A stretch of 64,000 bases of DNA, from the sequence record SRR31156797_4857; one strand, given 5' to 3'. The translations under genes and the position numbers were made by a program. Positions 46,894-56,798 of this stretch are shown piece after piece. The notes beneath the pieces are model-generated. The model saw only the letters and a list, made by a program, of their open reading frames with translations, ran no database searches and was not told the origin of the DNA. Each line of letters begins with the position of its first letter. Positions within the stretch are counted from its first letter, which is position 1.

Positions 46894-47631
46894 TTAGCTT
46901 ATGGAACCGAGTTCGTTCTGTTTGTCGCCGAGGGTTGAATAACTTTCCATGATTTTGAGATCTGCTTCAAATTTCCGCTGGGTATTTATCATCAATGCCA
47001 TTTCTTCCATCATGTTGACATTGGAGGTTTCAAGGCTGCCTTGCACAATTCGAAAATTGTCGAGTCCCTGATCCGTCCCCCCCTGCTCAAGCTGGAACAG
47101 GGAGTTACCTATCTGTTTGAGCAGCTTTTCATCGTTTACTCCATATATCTGAACATGACTGTCGGATATTATTCCGTTGACTGCTATGTTGCCAGTGTCA
47201 TCGATGGAGATGAGTTTGCCAGCCGCGTCCGGGAGCTGCACAGGCTGGTTGCCTCCTGCTAAGAGGTTAAATCCGTCTTCGGTTTTCACCATACCGTTTT
47301 CATCCAGCATGAAGTGGCCTGATCTGGTGTAGAAGGTATCCGCCCCTTTTCTGATTTTGAAAAACCCCTCTCCGGCAATCGCAAGGTCAAGCTCTCTACC
47401 GGTCTCTTGCATTCCTCCCTGTCCAAAATCGGTGCCTATTTTGCGGATACGCGAGTAATTAATGCCGCCGGCGTCCGTGACCTGTTTGGCATCGTTGAGT
47501 ACGGATTCAAAGCTGATGCGATTTTTCTTAAAGCCGGTTGTGCTCACGTTGGCAAGATTAGCAGCGATATTATCCATTGCCTGTTCTCTTGCAATGGCAC
47601 CACTGAGTGCACTATATTTTCCGGAGACCAT
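46894..47631 (-). CDS. flgF: Rod protein FlgF
   Basis: ANLANVSTTGFKK, DLAIAGEGFF, QGSLETSNVN; precedes flgG. Confidence 0.9.
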   Translation of the reverse strand: MVSGKYSALSGAIAREQAMDNIAANLANVSTTGFKKNRISFESVLNDAKQVTDAGGINYSRIRKIGTDFGQGGMQETGRELDLAIAGEGFFKIRKGADTFYTRSGHFMLDENGMVKTEDGFNLLAGGNQPVQLPDAAGKLISIDDTGNIAVNGIISDSHVQIYGVNDEKLLKQIGNSLFQLEQGGTDQGLDNFRIVQGSLETSNVNMMEEMALMINTQRKFEADLKIMESYSTLGDKQNELGSIS

Positions 47632-47666
47632 GATTTCACCTGGAGAATGTTAGTAGTCTTGTAATT

Positions 47667-47694
47667 ATTTCGGTATCCAAGGCTTTTTTCTTAA
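47667..47694 (-). promoter_or_regulatory. Possible sigma-28-like promoter upstream of flgF
   Basis: TTAA-N16-ACCGAAAT, same geometry as the other sites. Confidence 0.45.
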
Positions 47695-47747
47695 GCTCTG
47701 GCGGCCCATTTGTTCGTCATAATCAAGAAAAGCAGTACCACCAAAGA

Positions 47748-48170
47748 TCAGCTGGGTGAATTACTCTTGGTGACAGAGTGCAGGTTCATCAACTGGCCTG
47801 CTTCAATTGTGGAGATGCTGAGAACAGATGCTATTTCCTCTTTGTTCAGTCCCTGGGAAATGAGTTTTTTAAAGATAGTGTATTTTTCCGGCGGTGGTTG
47901 GTGGATTCTGGCTTGATTAAGTAATCTTGGTACCTGAAAATCCGTCGTCAGTGACGCATTGTTTAATGATTGTTTAAATGTGGATATTGGTTCAGCTCGC
48001 TTATCAGCTACCAATGCCTGGTTAAGCTTTTTTTCAAGGCGTTTTATTCTTTTTTTATCGTGCGATGGAGACGCCGATTTTTTTTTCTTCTGCAAAAGAG
48101 CAATGACGATAAGACTGAGGCAGAAACCAAGAAGGGTGCTGCAGATAACTAAAGCTATGCTATTATTCAT
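47748..48170 (-). CDS. Single-pass membrane protein with a C-terminal HTH-like motif (SwrB/DUF2802-like)
   Basis: N-terminal TM, basic stretch, C-terminal QGLNKEEIASVLSISTIEA; directly after fliA. Confidence 0.65.
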   Translation of the reverse strand: MNNSIALVICSTLLGFCLSLIVIALLQKKKKSASPSHDKKRIKRLEKKLNQALVADKRAEPISTFKQSLNNASLTTDFQVPRLLNQARIHQPPPEKYTIFKKLISQGLNKEEIASVLSISTIEAGQLMNLHSVTKSNSPS

Positions 48171-48240
48171 GCTGACTCCTCCAGGAGTAGAGTTTTAAGG
48201 TGAACTTGAGAAAATTTCCTATTCAATGCACCTGGTATGC

Positions 48241-48972
48241 TTAATCCATTACATCAGAATTAAGCAGTTTAACCCTCAGTTTGAGCAGCGCTTGGCTGTG
48301 AAGCTGCGATACCCTGCCTTCTGAAACGCTGATGACCTCGGCTATTTCTTTTTGGGTAAGTTCTTCGTAATAATAAAGCGCTATGACCAGTCGTTCCTTT
48401 TCTGAGAGTTCCTCTAATATTTCTGCTAAAAGGTAGGTTAATTCTTCTTTTTCAATAATATCGGTCGGGGTGGTACCACCGATATCTTCCAAGGCATCGA
48501 GGAAACTTCTGCCTTCTTCACTGTGATCCAGCGTCTCATGGAGACTGACACATCCTAGGTGGCTAACCTGGCTTAACAAAGACTGGTATTCTTCCAGGCC
48601 TAAATTCATAGCCTGGGCCATTTCTTCTTCACTGGGAGAGCGGCCAAGCTGACGTTCTAGGCGCAGCATCGTTTGGGTAAGCTGGTTTTGTTTCTCCCGC
48701 ATAGTGCGTGAAAACCAGTCAAGTTTACGCATTTCATCGAAAATCGCCCCACGCATGCGATATTCGGCAAAGGTTTTGAACTTAACACCTTTGGAGCTGT
48801 CAAACCGTTTGGCAGCATCTGTAAGGCCGACCATTGCTGCGCTGGTCATATCATCTTTGGTCATGAATGATGGGACCTGGGGTACCATACGCTGCACAAC
48901 CAGCTCAACCATTGGCAGGTTGTCCCGAATCATCTCGGATCGGTTATCAAGTGGGGGTACCGGTGGATACAT
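48241..48972 (-). CDS. fliA: Flagellar sigma factor sigma-28
   Basis: FKTFAEYRMRGAIFDEMRKLDW, LYYYEELTQKEIA..SEGRVSQLHSQA. Confidence 0.97.
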   Translation of the reverse strand: MYPPVPPLDNRSEMIRDNLPMVELVVQRMVPQVPSFMTKDDMTSAAMVGLTDAAKRFDSSKGVKFKTFAEYRMRGAIFDEMRKLDWFSRTMREKQNQLTQTMLRLERQLGRSPSEEEMAQAMNLGLEEYQSLLSQVSHLGCVSLHETLDHSEEGRSFLDALEDIGGTTPTDIIEKEELTYLLAEILEELSEKERLVIALYYYEELTQKEIAEVISVSEGRVSQLHSQALLKLRVKLLNSDVMD

Positions 48973-48994
48973 ATTTTAAAAAATGTTTCCTTAA

Positions 48995-49894
48995 TTATTT
49001 GGTGCCGAAGTCCATTAGTCGTTTCCAGAAAAACTGGATCGAACCTTTGGGTTCAAGAGTTTGCGGCTCCTGCATGATCGTACGTGCTAAAGCTTCAAAA
49101 GCCAAACTTGTCTTAGATTCTGGGTATAGTTCAACCAGGACCTGTTGTTTGCGAATGGCGTCGATCATCATTTTGTCACGGGGGACCGAGCCTATATAAT
49201 CGATGGATATATCGAGGTATCGATTGGCGACCATGGTCAACTTACGATAAACATCCAATGCCTCTTCTTCGTTTTTAATGAAATTGACGATAAGGTTAAA
49301 GTGCTTTTCATGATACTGAGTGGAGAGCAGCTTCATCAAGGCATATGCATCTGTAATCGCTGTCGGTTCCGGGGTTGTGACCACCAGGATTTCATGGGCA
49401 GCGGTATTGAAGTAGGTAACATTTTCTGATATGCCAGCTTCGGTGTCGATGAGCACAAAATCAAAATCGTTGTGCATTGCATCAAGTGCTTCCAAAAGCC
49501 TCATTTTTTCGTGTGCATCCAACCTCGTGAACCTTTGCACACCTGACCCGGCAGGTAAAATTTTAATCCCCATGGGGCCTTCTACCAAGATCGCATCCAA
49601 CTCCTGTTCTCCGGAGAAAAAATGGTTGAGATTGTGCCCCGGTGCCAAGCCAAAAACCACATCTATATTGGCTAGGCCCAGGTCTGCATCCAGGATAAGG
49701 ACGCGTTTACCCATTTTAGCAAGCAGTACTGCCGTATTGGCGACTACAGCTGTCTTGCCGACCCCACCTTTGCCGCTGGTGACGGCAAAGACTCTTGTCG
49801 TTTGGTGAGGAAGAGGAGTGTCTGAAGTTTCCTGTGTATTCATAGCCCGCAGGGTGTCAGCCTGGTCTAACGGGCGTATCGGGTGATCAGCCAT
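48995..49894 (-). CDS. flhG: MinD-like flagellar number regulator FlhG/FleN
   Basis: DQADTLR activator motif, TSGKGGVGKT, DADLGLANID, PEPTAITDAYA. Confidence 0.95.
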   Translation of the reverse strand: MADHPIRPLDQADTLRAMNTQETSDTPLPHQTTRVFAVTSGKGGVGKTAVVANTAVLLAKMGKRVLILDADLGLANIDVVFGLAPGHNLNHFFSGEQELDAILVEGPMGIKILPAGSGVQRFTRLDAHEKMRLLEALDAMHNDFDFVLIDTEAGISENVTYFNTAAHEILVVTTPEPTAITDAYALMKLLSTQYHEKHFNLIVNFIKNEEEALDVYRKLTMVANRYLDISIDYIGSVPRDKMMIDAIRKQQVLVELYPESKTSLAFEALARTIMQEPQTLEPKGSIQFFWKRLMDFGTK

Positions 49895-51170
49895 TATGCA
49901 GGGTCCTGTGATCGTTCACTATAAAGTTTGCTATTGTTGCCGGGTTGGTAGCGATGATATCTTCTGGTACCCTTTGACCATTGGTTAAAAAAGAAAGTGG
50001 GGTACTGTTTTTGCTATGGATGTTGGCAATGACACCCAGCTGGTCACATTCATCAATCTTGCTGAAAATAAAAGTTTTAAGAGGGAGAATGCTGAATTTT
50101 TTTATGGTTTCAAGTAGTTCACGGTCTCTTGTAACCGTAGAGAGCAGCAGGTGGCTTTCAATACCATGACGTGGGTCAAGAAAACTGGCCATTTCTGCCA
50201 GGTCATGTGTGTTTCTGGGACTTCTTCCTGCTGTGTCGATCAGGATAAGATCATAGTCCTGATATTTTCTCAAAGCCTGACCAACTTCTTCCGGCTTAAT
50301 GATGACTTCCACCGGCAGTCGCATAATTTCTCCATAGACTTTGAGTTGTTCAATAGCCGCAATGCGGTATGTGTCTATGGTGATGAGCGCAATTTTCCCC
50401 CCAAAGTTGTTCAGGTAATTTGCAGCCATTTTGGCAATGGTCGTGGTTTTGCCCACCCCTGTGGGGCCAACTAGACTGATCCGCAACTGCCTGTTAAGCT
50501 TTTGCTGCAGTAGTTTTTCGGTGCAGATCATTTTTGTCATGGCGGCTTTGAGAGCAGATTCGGGATCAATCGACTCCCCGGTCGCGTTTGAGCGCAGGAT
50601 CTCTCTTGCCTGCTCAGCGACTGTTATTGCTGTTGTGTGATTGATACCGCAACACGTTAATCGTTTATATAGAAAGTCATCATCGGGTTTGGTGTTGTTT
50701 ACAAATTCAGGCTCAATATAGGGCTTTTGATGAACAGGTTTATGATTAACAGTTGTAGCCTGGATTGTTGAAACCCTTTGGGTCAGCCCAGCAATGGTAT
50801 TTTTTAAGTTCTCGATCTCATCCTTTAGCTCGGTAGATTCCAGTGTCGTGTCTATGGCCGGTGGAGTAGGGGGTTGTTCCGGAATATCCCACAAATTTTG
50901 ATACGTGAGATCTTCATCAGGAGGTGGGGGCTCTTTGTCCTGTTGTATCATGCCTTGTTTGGTATAGGATGGTGCCGGGCCAGGATCGTTTTCTGGCCAG
51001 TCATTGTCAATGGCTGCGGTAATTTCCAACAGCGGCTTGCCCATAATGCCCAATTTCCCACCACGTCTGATGGTGCGGGTGGAGAGAATGAGCGCATCCG
51101 GGCCAAAGGCATCCTTGACCTGTTTTAACCCACTTGTCATGTCTGTTGCTTCAAAGACCTTAACTTGCAT
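49887..51170 (-). CDS. flhF: SRP-family GTPase FlhF
   Basis: GPTGVGKTTTIAK, DTYRIAA, DTAGRS, GQRVPED. Confidence 0.96.
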   Translation of the reverse strand: MQVKVFEATDMTSGLKQVKDAFGPDALILSTRTIRRGGKLGIMGKPLLEITAAIDNDWPENDPGPAPSYTKQGMIQQDKEPPPPDEDLTYQNLWDIPEQPPTPPAIDTTLESTELKDEIENLKNTIAGLTQRVSTIQATTVNHKPVHQKPYIEPEFVNNTKPDDDFLYKRLTCCGINHTTAITVAEQAREILRSNATGESIDPESALKAAMTKMICTEKLLQQKLNRQLRISLVGPTGVGKTTTIAKMAANYLNNFGGKIALITIDTYRIAAIEQLKVYGEIMRLPVEVIIKPEEVGQALRKYQDYDLILIDTAGRSPRNTHDLAEMASFLDPRHGIESHLLLSTVTRDRELLETIKKFSILPLKTFIFSKIDECDQLGVIANIHSKNSTPLSFLTNGQRVPEDIIATNPATIANFIVNDHRTLHNG

Positions 51171-53265
51171 CGATGTTTACCGTTCCAACGGATTGGATAT
51201 TAATATTTGTCGTAATTTCATTATGTGAGAGAACAGCCAAGCTTGGGAAGTAACGTTCGGTCAGGCGACGAACATGCGGCCTTATCTGTGGGGTTACCAG
51301 CAGCGCTGGTTGCTGTCCTCCAGGGTAATTTGCGATAAGTGAACTGAGACTATCGAGTATCTTCTGGGCAATGGTCGGGTCCAAAGCGAGGTATGAACCG
51401 TGATCTCGGTGCTGGATAGCTGTTTGGACAGTATCTTCTACATTTCTGTCCATGGTCAGAATTGACATGGTGCCGTCATCCTGGGTGTAGGCAACTGAAA
51501 TCGAACGTGACAGGGAATGGCGGACATATTCAGTCAAGGTGTCTGTATCTTGAGTCATTGGTGTGTAGTCAGCCATGGTTTCAAGGATGGAGCGCAAATC
51601 GCGGATAGATACACCTTCACGAAGAAGGTTTTGCAGGACGCGCATGATACTACCCAGATTAAGGATGTTGGGGACCAGTTCTTCTATGAGTTTAGGGTAG
51701 GTGCGGGCGAGATTGTCTATCAGGTTTTGGGTTTCTTGACGACCAAGCAGTTCGTGGGCGTGTTGTTTTATAATTTCACTGATATGGGTGGTCATAACCG
51801 TCGTACAGTCCACAACGGTATAACCTGCTATCTGCGCCTGCTCACGCTTATCGTCAGTTATCCAGATTGCAGGCAGCTGGAAAGCAGGTTCCTGAGTGGG
51901 GATGCCTTTAATGGTATCTGTTACCATGCCTGGGTCCATGGCCATACAATACCCTGGCATCATCTCTGCGGTAGCTATTTGTACTCCCTTCAGACTGATA
52001 GTGTATTGGTTTGGGCTGAGCTGTAGATTATCCTTGATATGGACTGGGGGAACAATAAACCCGCTGGTAACGGCAAACTGTTTACGAATGGATTGGATTC
52101 GCTGTAGTAATTCACCATCTTGGGCAGCATCGACAAAGGGGATCAAGCCATAGCCAACCTCCAGTTCTATCAAATCCACATTGAGCATCTGCTCGTAGTC
52201 TTCGTCAGGCTGGACGGCAGGTTCTGGTTCTTCTATCAGTGGCCTGGCAGCAATCTCCTCTTTTTCTGCTTTGTCTATTTTGTAGGCAGTGTAGGCAAGG
52301 CCTGAGGCTATAATGAGAAAAGGGAAAAACGGCATGCCTGGTATCAAAGCGAAGGCAAGCAATATGCCAGAGACGACCCACAGCGCTTTTGTGTACCTGG
52401 TAAATTGGTTTTTCATCTCCGTCCCAAAATCATCCCGTCCAGACGAAGAACGTGTAACCAACATGCCGGCTGCAGTGGATATGATAAGGGCTGGTACCTG
52501 GCCAACAAGACCGTCACCAATGGTAAGAATGGTATAGTTTTGGGCAGCGTCAGCCATGGGCATGCCTTTCTGGAGAATACCGATAATGAAACCGGCCCCA
52601 ATATTGATCAGGGTGATGATAATCCCTGCAATGGCATCGCCGCGGACAAATTTTGAAGCACCATCCATCGCACCATGGAAGTTGGCTTCATTGGATATTT
52701 CTTCCCGTCTTTCGCGGGCGGTCTGTTCATCAATAAGGCCAGCATTCAGATCGGCATCAATGGCCATCTGTTTACCGGGCATTGCATCAAGGGTGAAGCG
52801 TGCTGCTACCTCGGCAATGCGTCCGGCACCCTTTGTGATAACTATGAAGTTGATGATGACCAAAATGATAAAGACCACCAGGCCGACAACATAGGAACCC
52901 CCAACCACAAATTGGCCAAAGGATTGAATTACCGAGCCGGCAGCGCTCATGCCTTCGTGCCCTCGAAGGAGGATCAGGCGGGTTGAAGCTACGTTTAGAG
53001 ACAGGCGAAAAAGAGTGGTAGCCAGCAAGACAGATGGGAATATGGAAAATTCCACAGCCTTTTGGGTATAGAGGCTGATTATTAAGATAAGAATCGCAAT
53101 GGTAATATTTAAAGAAAGACAAAGGTCCAGTATGATCGGTGGAACAGGGATGATCATCAGGGTCAATATGGCAACCAGTCCCAGCGAGGCAAGAATATCA
53201 CTGCGTTTCAATAAATCTTCTATCTTGAAACGGGTGAGAATTGATTGCGTATTAACTGTTTCCAT
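51160..53265 (-). CDS. flhA: Flagellar export gate protein FlhA
   Basis: RIAEVAARFTLDAMPGKQMAIDADL, GAMDGASKFVRGDA. Confidence 0.98.
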   Translation of the reverse strand: METVNTQSILTRFKIEDLLKRSDILASLGLVAILTLMIIPVPPIILDLCLSLNITIAILILIISLYTQKAVEFSIFPSVLLATTLFRLSLNVASTRLILLRGHEGMSAAGSVIQSFGQFVVGGSYVVGLVVFIILVIINFIVITKGAGRIAEVAARFTLDAMPGKQMAIDADLNAGLIDEQTARERREEISNEANFHGAMDGASKFVRGDAIAGIIITLINIGAGFIIGILQKGMPMADAAQNYTILTIGDGLVGQVPALIISTAAGMLVTRSSSGRDDFGTEMKNQFTRYTKALWVVSGILLAFALIPGMPFFPFLIIASGLAYTAYKIDKAEKEEIAARPLIEEPEPAVQPDEDYEQMLNVDLIELEVGYGLIPFVDAAQDGELLQRIQSIRKQFAVTSGFIVPPVHIKDNLQLSPNQYTISLKGVQIATAEMMPGYCMAMDPGMVTDTIKGIPTQEPAFQLPAIWITDDKREQAQIAGYTVVDCTTVMTTHISEIIKQHAHELLGRQETQNLIDNLARTYPKLIEELVPNILNLGSIMRVLQNLLREGVSIRDLRSILETMADYTPMTQDTDTLTEYVRHSLSRSISVAYTQDDGTMSILTMDRNVEDTVQTAIQHRDHGSYLALDPTIAQKILDSLSSLIANYPGGQQPALLVTPQIRPHVRRLTERYFPSLAVLSHNEITTNINIQSVGTVNIDAS

Positions 53266-54335
53266 TATCTCTTATTGGTTTTTAGTGAGTAGACATAAGC
53301 AAGGATCTCTGCAACTGTCTTAAACAGGTCTTCCGGTATGACCTGTCCTATATCTACTTTCGAATGCAATAATCTTGCCACAGGTGGGTTCTCAACCAAG
53401 GGGACATCGTGCTCTCGGGCGAGCTCTCGTATCCTGGCGGCGACAAGTTGCTGACCTTTGGCAATTACCTCAGGCGCATCCATTGTTTCGGCATTGTATT
53501 TTATTGCAACGGCAATACGAGTTGGGTTTGTAATTACAACATCTGCCTCTGGTACAGCCTCCATCATACGGCTTCTGGCGAGTTGTTGCTGGATGGCACG
53601 TATTTTTGACTTGATGTGCGGATCGCCATCGCTTTCCTTCATTTCCTCCTTGAGTTCTTGTTTAGTCATCTTCATCTTTTCTTCCATTTCCCAACGAACA
53701 AAACCATAGTCAAGGGCAGCAAGGAAAATCATAATTGCGACTACTTTGGCAATAACCAGCGCCGAAGTTTTGCCGAGATAATCAAGAGTTGCGCTAATAT
53801 CCATTCCTCCGAGAAGAAGGGCCTCATCAAATTCTCCTTTAACTGTTTTGTACGCGACCCAGGCAATGAGCAATACTTTGCTCAAAGATTTAATGAGCTC
53901 AACCAGGGCTTTTTTAGAGACAAATCGGCCCATGCCTTTTATGGGATCGAGTTTACTTAAGTCAGGTGCGAGCGGTTTGGCAGTCAACAGCCACCCAATC
54001 TGAAGGTAAGTTGACAAAAAACCAATGAGCAGGGCGACAAGGAAGAGCGGCGCGAGCAACATGCCAAGGTGTTTACCGAGAAAGTAGGATAACTGCATAA
54101 TGGAAGGTGGAGAAACGGCGAATTCTCCACTTTTGTTGAACATCATCATGGTGAGATCCTCAATACCTCTGAAAAATACAGGTGCGTAGAAAAGCCAGAA
54201 AAATAGCATGATGGTAAAAAGCGCAGCCGTTTGTACTTCCTTGCTTTGTGCGACTTGGCCTTTTTTTCTGAAATCATCCCTTCGTTTCGCCGACGGTTCT
54301 TCAGTGCGTTCTCCGCTGGGGGTATCTTCTGCCAT
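53265..54335 (-). CDS. flhB: Export specificity switch FlhB
   Basis: RTEEPSAKR..KGQVAQSKE, KMTKQELKEEMKESDGDP, NPTR at the autocleavage site. Confidence 0.97.
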   Translation of the reverse strand: MAEDTPSGERTEEPSAKRRDDFRKKGQVAQSKEVQTAALFTIMLFFWLFYAPVFFRGIEDLTMMMFNKSGEFAVSPPSIMQLSYFLGKHLGMLLAPLFLVALLIGFLSTYLQIGWLLTAKPLAPDLSKLDPIKGMGRFVSKKALVELIKSLSKVLLIAWVAYKTVKGEFDEALLLGGMDISATLDYLGKTSALVIAKVVAIMIFLAALDYGFVRWEMEEKMKMTKQELKEEMKESDGDPHIKSKIRAIQQQLARSRMMEAVPEADVVITNPTRIAVAIKYNAETMDAPEVIAKGQQLVAARIRELAREHDVPLVENPPVARLLHSKVDIGQVIPEDLFKTVAEILAYVYSLKTNKR

Positions 54336-54384
54336 TGTTTATAAAGATGTGTTGAGTCAATAGGTTATTTCAAAATTAAAAACA

Positions 54385-54400
54385 TGCAAATATCGAACCT
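54385..54400 (-). promoter_or_regulatory. Possible sigma-54 promoter upstream of flhB
   Basis: AGGTTCG-ATAT-TTGCA (GG-N10-GC) in the 173-bp fliR-flhB gap. Confidence 0.4.
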
Positions 54401-54508
54401 GAATTGAGCAGGTTTAGGCTTTTGTGGGAGTAGAGTATGAGATCTGCGAAATTACCGGAAAGCTGAATGCGGTATTCGGAAATATTGAAAAAGAGGAGAG
54501 AAAGCTGG

Positions 54509-55294
54509 TTACGGGGTTTTGAAAAGGGTGAAGAATTCCATGATATCGTACCCTAGTGTGTCAAATTCACGTCGTAGTATCAAGAGAGCTGTGTTGAGTG
54601 TCAAACCAATGACAAAAAAGGCTATGCCAATATTCATGGGAAAGGAAAGCATGAATACGTTGAGTTGAGGAAAAACACGGGAAAGGATACCAAGGACCAG
54701 GTTGGAGATCAGCAGCAGAGCTATGACCGGGGCACTGAATTTTACGCCGAGGATAAACATCTGGCTGCCGAGGCGGGTAAGTTTCGGCACGACATCCCCG
54801 GAGAAGTCGAGATACCCAGGCGGCAGGATGATATACGATTCTATGATGGCCTGCAAAAAAAAGTGGTGCCCATTGAGAGCGAGAAAGATAAGGATGGCGA
54901 GTATGTTGATGAACTGGCTCATCAAGGAAAGTTGCTGGGTTGTCTGTGGATCAAAGATGTTAGCAGCGGCAAATCCCATTTGATAGCCGATGATAGTGCC
55001 GCCAAAGCTCACGCCGGTAAAAATGAGCTGAGCTGTCAAGCCGATGAGTGCGCCAAGGATAACTTCATTGATCAGAAGAATTCCGAGTTCGGTGATTGAG
55101 CCGATGTTTTGAGGTGTATGGGGTGCCATTGATGGAAAAAGGAGCAGGGCTGTGGCCACTGCAAGGCCGATTTTCATCCGATTGGCGAGTTGTGAGCCCG
55201 CAAATACTGGAATGGCAATAATCAACGCAAGCACTCTGGAGAGGCAAAGTAGAAAATTTTGAAACTGATCGATCGGTATGAGCTGAAGATCCAT
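54509..55294 (-). CDS. fliR: Export gate protein FliR
   Basis: Hydrophobic; GYQMGF..FDP, LNGHH, RVFPQLNVF. Confidence 0.96.
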   Translation of the reverse strand: MDLQLIPIDQFQNFLLCLSRVLALIIAIPVFAGSQLANRMKIGLAVATALLLFPSMAPHTPQNIGSITELGILLINEVILGALIGLTAQLIFTGVSFGGTIIGYQMGFAAANIFDPQTTQQLSLMSQFINILAILIFLALNGHHFFLQAIIESYIILPPGYLDFSGDVVPKLTRLGSQMFILGVKFSAPVIALLLISNLVLGILSRVFPQLNVFMLSFPMNIGIAFFVIGLTLNTALLILRREFDTLGYDIMEFFTLFKTP

Positions 55295-55386
55295 AGTACT
55301 TTGCCATCCGGCGGAGTCTTAGGTTGCGGGATGAATTGTTTTTGAGAAATTTAGCGTGGTTACACAGAAATGTATACCCTTACTGG

Positions 55387-55659
55387 TTATCGACCAACGG
55401 TGGCAATGTCTGTTATAATACCAGTGGTAAAGGTGATGAGCAGGTTCATTATCCAGGGGCCAAATATCAGTAATGTTATAAAAACAGCCACAATTTTAGG
55501 GATAAAGGTCATCGTTTGTTCGTTAATTTGGGTTGCTGCCTGAAAAATACTAATGACCAGTCCCACTATCATGGCAACCAGTAGCATAGGGGCTGATGTG
55601 AGTAAAACTGTTTCGACAGCCTTTCGTCCTACATGGACAACGGTTTCAGGTGTCAGCAT
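55387..55659 (-). CDS. fliQ: Export gate protein FliQ
   Basis: GLVISIFQAATQINEQTMTFIPK; start ATG 55659. Confidence 0.97.
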   Translation of the reverse strand: MLTPETVVHVGRKAVETVLLTSAPMLLVAMIVGLVISIFQAATQINEQTMTFIPKIVAVFITLLIFGPWIMNLLITFTTGIITDIATVGR

Positions 55660-55688
55660 TCTCTGTTTCCTTGTACGAGTTAAAATAT

Positions 55689-56429
55689 TTAACCAAAGCT
55701 TTTCATTAATGAGCCCACAACAAGCTGCCATCCGTCAACCAGGACAAAAAGTAATAATTTAAAAGGGAGGGAAATAACAATGGGAGGCAGCATCATCATA
55801 CCCATGGACATCAGTACAGAGGCCACCAGCATGTCAATAACAAGAAAAGGGACGTAAATCATAAATCCCATTTGAAAAGAAGTTTTCAACTCAGAAAGCA
55901 TGAAGGCGGGAATAAGTACCATTGTCGAAATATCTTTTTTGTCCTCAGGCTGCTCCTCTTCTGTGATTTCAATAAACAGCTGCAGTTCGCTTTCCTGGAC
56001 CTGAGAAAACATAAAGTCGCGCATAATGTCAACCGCCTCGGTCATGGCCTGCTGCTGGTTGATTTGTTTGTCCATATATGGCTGAAGCGCTTTGTTGTTT
56101 AGAGTGTTGATTACAGGAGCCATCACGAAAAAGGTAAGAAACAGAGCCATACCAATAATAATCTGGTTTGGCGGTGTATTTTGAGTACCCATTGCCTGAC
56201 GAACAAAACCAAGTACAATGACAATCCTTGTAAAGGCCGTTGTCATTAGGAGAATTGCCGGGGCCACCGAAAGGATGGTTAGTAGAAAAAGTATCTGCAG
56301 GCCTGTGGATACATCTTCAGGGGTTGCAGCATCGTTAACGCCGATGCTTAAAGATGGAAGATTTACCGCTGCCGCTGACTGTGCAACCAACAGTAAACAG
56401 GTAATGAAGGTAATTACTCTGTACTGCAT
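55689..56429 (-). CDS. fliP: Export gate protein FliP
   Basis: MTTAFTRIVIVL, PPNQ, SMGMMMLPP, FVLVDGW. Confidence 0.98.
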   Translation of the reverse strand: MQYRVITFITCLLLVAQSAAAVNLPSLSIGVNDAATPEDVSTGLQILFLLTILSVAPAILLMTTAFTRIVIVLGFVRQAMGTQNTPPNQIIIGMALFLTFFVMAPVINTLNNKALQPYMDKQINQQQAMTEAVDIMRDFMFSQVQESELQLFIEITEEEQPEDKKDISTMVLIPAFMLSELKTSFQMGFMIYVPFLVIDMLVASVLMSMGMMMLPPIVISLPFKLLLFVLVDGWQLVVGSLMKSFG

Positions 56430-56794
56430 TGCTTTTCCCTGAGCACTTCTTGAAATTGCCGATCCTTTGCGGGCAACGACAGATCGGTGAGCAAGTGCAT
56501 GCCATTGCTACTGATACCTATGAGCAGTTCTTTACCCTGCACTTCAATGAGGGCAAGGGTGTTTTTGGGCATGATTGACCGTATTTCAATAACTTTGATG
56601 TTATTTGATCCTGTACTGCCATACCCTATTTTTTTACGGATTAGTCCATACAGAATCAAAATTAATCCGACCACCACAAAGAGCGCCCAGATTGTTTTGC
56701 CGAGCATTGATCCCATGGAATCAATTTCAGCAGCCAGTGCAGCAACGGGAACCAGAAGTAGGAAGAATGTAAATAAAAGGTGCCTTGGATGCAT
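56414..56794 (-). CDS. fliO: FliO
   Basis: TM segment then IKVIE..LALIEVQGKELLIG; between fliN and fliP. Confidence 0.88.
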   Translation of the reverse strand: MHPRHLLFTFFLLLVPVAALAAEIDSMGSMLGKTIWALFVVVGLILILYGLIRKKIGYGSTGSNNIKVIEIRSIMPKNTLALIEVQGKELLIGISSNGMHLLTDLSLPAKDRQFQEVLREKQCSTE

Positions 56795-56798
56795 GCCC

